Notes under the pieces: model-generated
The model's input: the letters and a program-made list of their open reading frames with translations, nothing else
What the model was told of the DNA's origin: nothing
Database searches by the model: none
Made by a program: the position numbers and the translations under genes
In this document: positions 48,799 to 56,217 of the stretch, one piece after another
Position numbering within the stretch: position 1 is the stretch's first letter
Layout: every line of letters starts with the position of its first letter
NCBI GenBank assembly: GCA_965223155.1
Contig: CBDCVR010000014.1
Location: 1,184,001 to 1,248,000, forward strand
Origin: Candidatus Multivoradales bacterium
Lineage (GTDB): Bacteria; Acidobacteriota; Thermoanaerobaculia; Multivoradales; JAHEKO01
Reading direction: 5' to 3'
DNA length: 64,000 bases

Positions 48799-50385
48799 GT
48801 GCAATTCGTCAGCTTCCTGGGTCTTCTCGCACTTCTCCTCCTGGCCTGGGCGCTCTCCGAGCATCGCAGCCGGGTCAACTACCGCACCGTCGCGTGGGGC
48901 CTGGGGATCCAGTTTCTCTTCGCCGTCATCATCCTGCGCGAGGACATCTGGAGCTTCGTCGGCATGGCGGTACTGGCTGCGCTGATCGCCACCTACGCGC
49001 TGAGCCGCGACGGCAACGCCGGCTGGCCGCGGGTAGCGGCCAAGATCCTGGCCCTCGGCGCCGCCGCGGCGCTAGCCACCTGGCTCGCGCCCCAGGCCCT
49101 GGGCTGGTTGCTGCTGGCGATCGTCGCCGCGCTCGTTGCCAACAGCCGCTTCGGCTTCGCCCGCCATCTGCAGCCGGCGCTGACCGGACTCCTGGTCGCG
49201 ACCGGGGTCGGTTATCTGGCCGTCCGGGGCTTGCACGGGCAACTCATCTTCACGCGCTTCGGCGCCCAAGTTTCCGAGTTTCTGAACCTGTCCGACTACG
49301 GCGCCCGCTTTCTCTTCGGCAAGCTCACCGACGTCGAGAACTTCGGGTTCCTGTTCGCCTTCAAGGTCCTGCCGCCGATCATCTTCTTTGGCGGCATCAT
49401 GTCGGTCCTCTACTACCTGGGCGTCATCCAGAAGGTCATCGAATCGATCGCCCACTTCATGCGCTGGACCCTGGGCACCAGCGGCGCCGAGACCCTGTCC
49501 TGTTCGGCCAACATCTTCGTCGGCCAGACCGAGGCCCCGCTCCTGATCCGCCCCTTCCTGCCCAACATGACGAATTCGGAGCTCCTGACCATCATGGTCG
49601 GCGGCTTCGCAACGATCGCCGGTGGCGTCCTGGCCGGGTACATCGCCTTCGGCGTGCCGGCCGCGCACCTGGTCGCCGCCAGCGTCATGTCGGCGCCCGC
49701 GGCCCTGGTCATCGGCAAGATCATCTATCCCGAGACCGAGCACTCCGAAACCGCAGGTGACGCCAAGCTGCCGGACATCGACGCCGGCGACAACGTCATC
49801 GAGGCCGCCACCAACGGCATCGCCGACGGGCTCAAGCTCGCGGTCAACGTGGCGGCGATGCTCCTCGGCTTCATCGCCCTGATCGCGGTGCTCGACGTCA
49901 TCCTGAACTGGGCCGATTCTCTGATCGATGGCAAGCTGTTGGGCGGCGCCATCGTGACCTACTCGAGCGGCGGCCTGTCGCCGGTGACTCAGGAGTTTGC
50001 CGGCTACTTTCCGGGCTCGCTCCAGACGCTCTTCGGCAACCTCCTGAAGCCGCTGGCCTTCCTCATGGGCGTGCCCTGGTCCGACGCGGCCCAGGTGGGC
50101 AACCTGCTCGGCATCAAGCTCTCGCTCAACGAGTTCGTGGCCTACGGCCAGCTCGGCAACTACATCCGCGAGGGCGTGCTCTCCGAGCGCGGCCGGATCA
50201 TCGCCACCTACGCCCTGTGCGGCTTCGCCAACTTCTCGTCCATCGGCATCCAGATCGGCGGCCTGTCGGCCATCGCGCCCGACCGCCGAAGCGATCTCGC
50301 CAAGGTCGGGCTCAAGGCGATGCTCGGCGGCGCCATCGCCTCCTGGACGACGGCGACCATCGCCGGCATGCTGTTCACCGGCTGA
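48799..50385 (+). CDS. Concentrative nucleoside transporter (NupC/CNT family)
   Basis: FAFKVLP.IIF, NIFVGQTEAP, GFATIAG, SVMSAP, NEFVAY, YALCGFAN.SS. Confidence 0.93.
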   Translation: MQFVSFLGLLALLLLAWALSEHRSRVNYRTVAWGLGIQFLFAVIILREDIWSFVGMAVLAALIATYALSRDGNAGWPRVAAKILALGAAAALATWLAPQALGWLLLAIVAALVANSRFGFARHLQPALTGLLVATGVGYLAVRGLHGQLIFTRFGAQVSEFLNLSDYGARFLFGKLTDVENFGFLFAFKVLPPIIFFGGIMSVLYYLGVIQKVIESIAHFMRWTLGTSGAETLSCSANIFVGQTEAPLLIRPFLPNMTNSELLTIMVGGFATIAGGVLAGYIAFGVPAAHLVAASVMSAPAALVIGKIIYPETEHSETAGDAKLPDIDAGDNVIEAATNGIADGLKLAVNVAAMLLGFIALIAVLDVILNWADSLIDGKLLGGAIVTYSSGGLSPVTQEFAGYFPGSLQTLFGNLLKPLAFLMGVPWSDAAQVGNLLGIKLSLNEFVAYGQLGNYIREGVLSERGRIIATYALCGFANFSSIGIQIGGLSAIAPDRRSDLAKVGLKAMLGGAIASWTTATIAGMLFTG

Positions 50386-50437
50386 GCGAAGGCTCAGCCT
50401 AGGTCCGACCGCGGACGGCGGTTGGAGACGGCCTCAA

Positions 50438-50572
50438 GGCCAACGCTTTCTCTAGGATGTCGCACTCCTAGCGTACCCGCGACAACTCTCCCTGCAGACG
50501 ACGAATCTCCTGCTCTTCGGTCGTCGGCGCACGACCCTCTTGACCTCCGGTGAGCTTCTTGCGCCAGCGCCG
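50438..50572 (-). pseudogene. IS3-family OrfA remnant
   Basis: RRWRKK...EEQEIRRLQGELSRVR*ECDILEKALA, with an internal stop. Confidence 0.7.
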
Positions 50573-50600
50573 GTCTTCTGGTCGCCATGGTGTGAGGGCC

Positions 50601-50735
50601 GTCTAACCCCTCGCTGCACCGGACACCGTCCCGCGTGCTCCCGAGCCGCGTGTAGACTCGAGGCAGTGGTAGGGTCCGGAAACGTAGTTCTCGTTAGCAT
50701 CGGAGGCGGTGTCGGTGAGCTCAAATCCGTTAGAT
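50601..50735 (+). repeat. Integron attC site 1 (intact cores)
   Basis: R'' GTCTAAC, L'' GCTGCACCG with one extra base, L' CGGTGAGC, R' GTTAGAT. Confidence 0.85.
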
Positions 50736-50750
50736 GCCGGAGTTGAGGCG

Positions 50751-50990
50751 TTGAGCCCTACGATTTTCCGTGAAGGCCCCTTCAGGTTCTTCTTTTTTTC
50801 GCGGGAGGAGTCGCGGTTGCATGTCCATATCGCCTCATCAGATGGCGAGGCCAAGTTCTGGCTAGAACCAGAGGTCGAATTGGCAAAGAATTTCCGCCTG
50901 AGCGAAAAGGACATCCGTCGAGTCCGACAGCTTATACTTGAGCGTGAGAGCGAGATTCGAGATGCTTGGAACAGTCACTTCGGCAGCTGA
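50751..50990 (+). CDS. DUF4160 family protein (putative toxin), cassette-borne
   Basis: PTIFR.G.FRFFFFSREE...HVH....GEAKFWL.P; W..HFG. Confidence 0.88.
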   Translation: MSPTIFREGPFRFFFFSREESRLHVHIASSDGEAKFWLEPEVELAKNFRLSEKDIRRVRQLILERESEIRDAWNSHFGS

Positions 50991-51219
50991 GGTCACCAAT
51001 ATTTCACGCCATGGGTTTTGGCTACTGCTAGACGACCGTGAGCTGTTTCTGGCCTTCGAGGAGTTTCCTTGGTTCAAAGGCGCACCGGTCGAAGCGATTC
51101 TCGAGGTTGAGAGGCCTCAACCGCATCATCTGTTCTGGCCAGCCCTCGACGTCGATCTCGCCGTCGACTCAATCGAACATCCGGAGCGCTATCCGCTAAA
51201 AGCGAAGCTCGGCATCTAG
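50962..51219 (+). CDS. DUF2442 family protein (putative antitoxin), cassette-borne
   Basis: EVTNIS.HGFW, FPWF, L.WP.LDVDL; stop codon lies inside R'' of attC2. Confidence 0.88.
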   Translation: MLGTVTSAAEVTNISRHGFWLLLDDRELFLAFEEFPWFKGAPVEAILEVERPQPHHLFWPALDVDLAVDSIEHPERYPLKAKLGI

Positions 51220-51349
51220 CCAATCGCTGCACCGAACACCGCCCCTCACTTCGCTACACCGGGTGTAGGCTTCAGGTCAGTCGTTAGCTTCAACGAGTAG
51301 TTCTCGTTAGCGCAGGAGGCGGTGTCGGTGAGCTCAAGATCCATTAGCT
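51214..51349 (+). repeat. Integron attC site 2 (both cores mutated)
   Basis: Similar to attC1 (TCGCTGCACCG, GTAGTTCTCGTTAGC, GGAGGCGGTGTCGGTGAGCTCAA) but R'' is ATCTAGC and R' is ATTAGCT. Confidence 0.8.
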
Positions 51350-51352
51350 GGC

Positions 51353-51500
51353 GAGTTATCGTCAAATGTTGCGTACGGCTGACTCAGGCGGCGATCCGGT
51401 TCTTGGCTTCTCCGTCAACGAACTGGACTCCTCGGACAACGTTGGCCATTCGCCTGTAGCCCTGTAGACGGCGCCATCTTGTCTCGGCGCTCAGGCAGCA
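51353..51500 (-). pseudogene. IS256-family 3' remnant with terminal repeat
   Basis: AETRWRRLQG...VVRGVQFVDG...IAA*, followed by CCGTACGCAACATTTGACGATAACTC. Confidence 0.65.
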
Positions 51501-51606
51501 CGAAAAGCGGTGACAGATGAGATGAGTCGGTCGGTCTCCAGCTGGGACACTGTGCCAGTTGGAGATAACCAAGAATCGGCATCAGAGCCGAGAAAGGAGA
51601 CCGACC

Positions 51607-52620
51607 ATGGAGTATCTTGGCATCGATGTTCACTCGAAGTACAGCGAGGTGTGTGGCGTATCAGAAGACGGTGAGGTGACGGTTCGCCGGCGGGTTCCGA
51701 CGACCGAGACGGGCCTGCGAAGGTTCTTCGCCAATCGGGAACGCTCGCAGGTGACGCTCGAGAGCGGTCCGGTCACACCCTGGGTCTATCGACTGCTGTC
51801 TGAGCTCGGCCATGAGGTGATGGTGGTCAATCCACGCCGGGTACGTCTGATCGCGGAATCGACCCTGAAGACGGACGGAATCGACGCCGAGATCCTGGCT
51901 CGTTTGAGCCGGTTGGATCTGGGTTTGCTTCGACCAGTCTACCAGCGCACAGGTGAGGCCCAAGAGCTTCGGACGCGTCTTCGGGTCCGAACGAGTCTGG
52001 TGAAGACCAGGACCTCGCTGATCAACTCCGTACGCGGAACGCTGCGGGCACAGGGCTACCGAGTGCCCTCATGTCCGGCGAAGAGCTTCGTGGCTCGGTA
52101 CGCGTCGATGTCGGTCGAAGCCGGCCTGTTGGGAGCGCTCGAACCTCTGGTAACGACAATCGGCGAGCTGACCGATCGGATCCACCATCTCGAAGACGAC
52201 CTCATCTCCGAGTCGAGATCAAACGAGCTGGTCCGTCGGCTGCAGACGGTTCCTGGTGTGGGGCCTCTGGTGAGCCTTGCGTTCGTCGGCTGGATGGATC
52301 GTCCGGATCGGTTCGAGAAAAGCCGCGACGTCGGAGCGTGTCTGGGCTTGAGACCGTCGCTTCGCAGCTCAGGAGGGCATGAGGTCAGGGGCCGGATCAC
52401 TCGCGAGGGCGACTCGGAGATGCGCAGACTCTTGGTGCAGGCAGCTCATGCGGCGTTGAACTGTCGCAAAGAGTCGTCACTCAAGAGATGGGCTGAGGGC
52501 CTGGTCGAGAGGCTGGGTAAGGGCAAGGCCGTGGTCGCGCTAGCTAGGAAGATCGCGGTGTTGCTCCACAGGCTGTGGGTGACAGGTGAGAGCTTCCGAG
52601 CCTTTCCCAAGGCAGCGTAG
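51607..52620 (+). CDS. IS110-family DEDD recombinase/transposase
   Basis: GIDVH, LESG, KTDGIDA, TVPGVG, GL.P...SSG, RRLLVQAA, VALARK. Confidence 0.96.
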   Translation: MEYLGIDVHSKYSEVCGVSEDGEVTVRRRVPTTETGLRRFFANRERSQVTLESGPVTPWVYRLLSELGHEVMVVNPRRVRLIAESTLKTDGIDAEILARLSRLDLGLLRPVYQRTGEAQELRTRLRVRTSLVKTRTSLINSVRGTLRAQGYRVPSCPAKSFVARYASMSVEAGLLGALEPLVTTIGELTDRIHHLEDDLISESRSNELVRRLQTVPGVGPLVSLAFVGWMDRPDRFEKSRDVGACLGLRPSLRSSGGHEVRGRITREGDSEMRRLLVQAAHAALNCRKESSLKRWAEGLVERLGKGKAVVALARKIAVLLHRLWVTGESFRAFPKAA

Positions 52621-52649
52621 AAGAGATAACTAGACGACCAACAAGCAAG

Positions 52650-52815
52650 GACGGATTGAGAGGTTCGATGACTCCGAAAGTATCCTTGGTGGCCCCGACA
52701 CCGTGTGACAGATGGGAGCATCGATTCCTAAACGGACGCAAAACTCACCATGCACCGGTTCAAAGAAGAACCCTACAGAGTGCGAATAGAAGCTCGTCCC
52801 AAGCCTCGATCCAAA
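52650..52815 (+). ncRNA. Putative bridge/seek RNA of the IS110 element
   Basis: Two stem-internal loop-stem modules whose loop strands match the target and donor junction sequences; RNA ends approximate. Confidence 0.75.
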
Positions 52816-52911
52816 CCTAAGGAAAACTACAAAAAGAAGAAACGAAACTCTTGACGCCAACCGACCGACTCATAGAAGGATACTTATTCCGCTAGATCGA
52901 AGCCCTGAGAA

Positions 52912-53031
52912 TTGCGGCGCCACTCACGTACCGGCAGGCCGCTGGGATCGGAGCAGTTCGTCAAGGACCTCGAGCAAACGACCAAGAGGCGTCTTAGACC
53001 CCGGAAGGTCGGTAGGAAGCCAAGGGCCTAA
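52912..53031 (+). pseudogene. C-terminal remnant of a REP-associated (RAYT-like) Y1 transposase
   Basis: LRRHSRTGRPLGSEQFVKDLEQTTKRRLRPRKVGRKPRA*. Confidence 0.7.
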
Positions 53032-53197
53032 TGGGTAACCTGTCACCGATTTACGCCAATTGCCAAGAGAAGGAGCAATTGAGCGTAGAAGAGAGTCGCA
53101 AACAGGACCGATAGCCTCCGCATCGCTCCAATGCCGTGAACTAGATACTCGTTCCAGAGGTACCGTGGAATACGGAGCTCGATCGGGGCGCAGAAAA

Positions 53198-53494
53198 CTA
53201 GGCGCCTGCCTGAAGACCTAGCGCCTGCCGTGCCTTGCTCACCGCGGCCTCTATCTCGTCCTCGCCCTTGTAGTGCGGAACTTCCTTCCGTTCCTCCGGA
53301 TACGGCGAGTACCAAACGACCTCACTAAACAGAGCCTCGATCACGGCCAGCTCCTCGGGAGAGAAGTCCGTCTGTTTGAGCCGAAAGTTGTAAAACGACT
53401 CGACAGCGGCACAGAATTCCCAGTAGGTGATCTCGTCTCCCAGGTCCTTCTCCAGCAACCGAAAAAGCTCGGCCCGTCCGTCGCTAGCGATCAC
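53198..53494 (-). CDS. Small acidic protein, possible orphan immunity protein
   Basis: 98 aa, acidic and aromatic, helical-looking, lower GC; family assignment is an impression only. Confidence 0.5.
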   Translation of the reverse strand: MIASDGRAELFRLLEKDLGDEITYWEFCAAVESFYNFRLKQTDFSPEELAVIEALFSEVVWYSPYPEERKEVPHYKGEDEIEAAVSKARQALGLQAGA

Positions 53495-53755
53495 GCTGAA
53501 GCGCCGGTCGTAGGCGTAGAGACACCCATGGATCTAGGATCCCTAGCAAGTTCTTCCGAAGCGAGCTCCCCTACCAGTGGCAGGATCGAAGATACCCTGC
53601 CCGCTAGAGCGGCTTGCAACGTTCGCGACAAACCGGCCCTTCATCCCTAGCTCCTCACTGGAATTTCGTCTGAAATTCGAACATTTCACCCGTCCGGGCA
53701 TTGGTAGGCGTGGACTTCAAGGTCTTGGGCGTCGGCTGCCTTGGACTTGGTGCTG

Positions 53756-55537
53756 CTAGCTGTACAGAGCCTCGATCTCGGGCTCGAACTTGGCGAAGAC
53801 GACTCGGCGCTTGAGTTTCATCGTCGGAGTCAGCTCGCCGCCCTCGATGGTGAACTGACCCGGCAGGATCTTGACCTTTTTAATGGTCTCGACCTTGGCC
53901 AGCGAGCGGTTGACCACGGCGACCTGGTCTTCCAGCCAGGCCGCGAACCGCTCGCAGCCGGCGGCCTCTTCCGGCGTCCGGGCGGGACTGCCGGCCTGCT
54001 CGGCATCGGCAGCCAGGCGCTCGGGATCCAACGTCACGAGCGCGGTCAGGTAGTTTCGCCCATCGCCGATGACCGCCGCCGCGGCGACTATCGGAATCCC
54101 CTTGAGCTTGGCTTCGAGCTCCGCCGGGCTGATGTTCTTGCCGCCGGAGGTGATGATCAGCTCCTTCTTGCGGTCGGTGATCTTCAAGAAACCGTCGTCG
54201 TCGAAGTGACCGATGTCTCCTGAACGAACCCAGCCGTCCGCGGTCAGGGTCTCGGCCGTGGCCTCGGGATTCTTAAGGTAGCCCAGAAAGACGTGGGGGC
54301 CGCGCATCAAGACTTCGCCGTCCCCGGCGATACGAATCTCGGTACCCGGCAGCGGGAAGCCGGCTTTGCCGGTGCGGTAGCGATCGGGGCGGGAGATGGT
54401 CCCCGGACCAGTGACCTCGCTCATGCCGTAGATCTCTAGGATCGGAATACCCAGGGACAGGAAGAACTCGAGCGTGTCCAGGGTGATCGGCGCCGCCGAG
54501 GTGGCGCAAACCCGGGCACGATCGAGGCCCAGCTTGCGCCGCACCTTGGAGAAGACCAGCCGGTCCGCCAGGCTGTAGAAGGCGGGCAGCGGCCGGCCCT
54601 GTTGCTGGGCGTAGCCGCCTTCCAGGCCCTTGCGGCGCGCCCAGGCCGCGATCTTCTTCTTCAGCCCGGTCGACTCGGCGCCCGCTGCCGCCACCGCCGC
54701 CTGGATCTTCTCCCAAACCCGCGGTACGCCCAGGAAGACCTGCGGGCGCACCTCGGGCAGGTTCACGCCCAGCTTCTCGATGCTCTCTGCAAACCAGCAG
54801 CAGGCGCCGACGTGCATGGGACCGTGGAGCGAAACCATCTGCTCGGCGATATGGCTCATCGGCAGGTAGCTCAGGAAGTTGTCCGAAGGCACGACCTCCA
54901 GCTGCTCGACCACGGCGGCCGCCGTCCACAGGATGTTGCTGTGCGACAGCATCACCGCCTTGGGCGGCCCGGTGGTTCCCGAGGTATAGATCAGGGTGGC
55001 CAGGTCGTTCGGCTGTTGCGCCGCGATGCGCTCGTCGAGAGCCGCTTCGGAGACCCCCTCGCCCCGATTCAAAAGCTCGGACCACGACAGCACGAAGTCG
55101 CCATCGCCCTCGCCTTCCATCACGATCACCGCCGCCAGCCGCGGCAGCCGGCCGCGAATCTCCAGGAACTTGGCGAGCTGGTCTTGGTTCTCGACCACCG
55201 CCACGCGGGCGCCGGCGTGATCGGCGATGTAATGGCACTGCTCCGCCGAGCAAGTCGTGTAGATGCCGGCGGGTACGCCGCCGGCCAGGATCGCGCCGAT
55301 ATCGGCGACGAACCACTCGCGGCGGTTGAAGCCGAGGATGGTGACGGTGTCACCGGGCTCGAGACCCAGCGCGAGGAAGCCCCGGGCGGCCCGGCGGGTC
55401 TCGGTCCGGTACGCCTCCCAGCTGGTCTCACGCCAGACGCCGTCGCGTTTGGTCCGCATCGCCGGCGCCTCTCCGCGCTCGGAAGCGATCCATTCGAAGT
55501 AGCTCGAAACGGTGGTTGGACGGTCGCTCTCAGTCAT
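53756..55537 (-). CDS. Long-chain fatty acid-CoA ligase
   Basis: IYTSGTTGPPK, YLPMSH..E, VPRVWEK, YGMSE, DRKKELI.TSGGKN, ELTPTMKLKR. Confidence 0.93.
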   Translation of the reverse strand: MTESDRPTTVSSYFEWIASERGEAPAMRTKRDGVWRETSWEAYRTETRRAARGFLALGLEPGDTVTILGFNRREWFVADIGAILAGGVPAGIYTTCSAEQCHYIADHAGARVAVVENQDQLAKFLEIRGRLPRLAAVIVMEGEGDGDFVLSWSELLNRGEGVSEAALDERIAAQQPNDLATLIYTSGTTGPPKAVMLSHSNILWTAAAVVEQLEVVPSDNFLSYLPMSHIAEQMVSLHGPMHVGACCWFAESIEKLGVNLPEVRPQVFLGVPRVWEKIQAAVAAAGAESTGLKKKIAAWARRKGLEGGYAQQQGRPLPAFYSLADRLVFSKVRRKLGLDRARVCATSAAPITLDTLEFFLSLGIPILEIYGMSEVTGPGTISRPDRYRTGKAGFPLPGTEIRIAGDGEVLMRGPHVFLGYLKNPEATAETLTADGWVRSGDIGHFDDDGFLKITDRKKELIITSGGKNISPAELEAKLKGIPIVAAAAVIGDGRNYLTALVTLDPERLAADAEQAGSPARTPEEAAGCERFAAWLEDQVAVVNRSLAKVETIKKVKILPGQFTIEGGELTPTMKLKRRVVFAKFEPEIEALYS

Positions 55538-55943
55538 CGCGTTCCTCCTGGCCTGTGGCCTTCCGCGCTCGCAGTTCGAAGCCACGCAGGATGACGAACG
55601 CCACCAGGGCGATGAGAAAGACCACCAGGAGCATCCAGGCAAGGCTCCCCAGGGTCTCGATCACCGTCCGGTAGACCTCGAGGGTCCAGCGCTCGGAAGT
55701 CAGCGCCACCGGCTTGGCGTCACCGTAGCCGGTCACGAAGGTCTGTAGCTGGTGGATCTTGACGCCGCCGGAGACACCGACCACGTAGATCGCGAACTTG
55801 ACGTAGCGATGCCACGCGGAGCCCAGATCCTCGGCAACGATCCGATCCAGGATCTTGCGGATCGGCCGGTCGAAGATGCGGGCGACTACGGCACAGCAGA
55901 TGAGCGAAACCAGCAGGGTTACGGTCAGCAGCGTTATGAACAT
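55530..55943 (-). CDS. Hypothetical 3-TM membrane protein
   Basis: RBS AAGGAGG; three hydrophobic segments; overlaps the ligase start. Confidence 0.75.
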   Translation of the reverse strand: MFITLLTVTLLVSLICCAVVARIFDRPIRKILDRIVAEDLGSAWHRYVKFAIYVVGVSGGVKIHQLQTFVTGYGDAKPVALTSERWTLEVYRTVIETLGSLAWMLLVVFLIALVAFVILRGFELRARKATGQEERDD

Positions 55944-56217
55944 CCTCGTGACCTCCTTTCGCCTGCCGCTGACGGTCCGGCACACGCGCACCGGGGCCCC
56001 GTCGCAGCCGATCGAACTGGAAGGCACCGATTCTACGATGACTCAGACTGGCACGCTGCCCGTCCGGCCCGACCTCGACTTGGCCGAGCGCCCGTGCGAC
56101 CGCCAACCTCTCCGGCGACTCGCTCGCGCTCACTCGCCAGCCGGCTACGATTGACGCCGACGTGGCCGTTTTTCTGCGGCGTCCACCTTGATGGCCGGGT
56201 GGTAGGCTCCGCACATC

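Larger units (their letters stand above)
51515..52878 (+). mobile_element. IS110-family element, IS1111 subgroup, apparently intact
   Basis: 14-bp subterminal IR ATGAGTCGGTCGGT (51522-35 and 52860-73); AG core at both junctions; long 3' non-coding region. Confidence 0.9.

Noticed and set aside
50400-50600. Integron integrase or attI upstream of attC1
   Set aside because: The region is an IS3 orfA remnant; no tyrosine recombinase in the window
52851-52878. Strong circle-junction promoter of the IS110
   Set aside because: The outward -35 TTGACG is clear, but the junction -10 candidates (TAGAAG, GAAGAT) are weak, so it was not called as a feature
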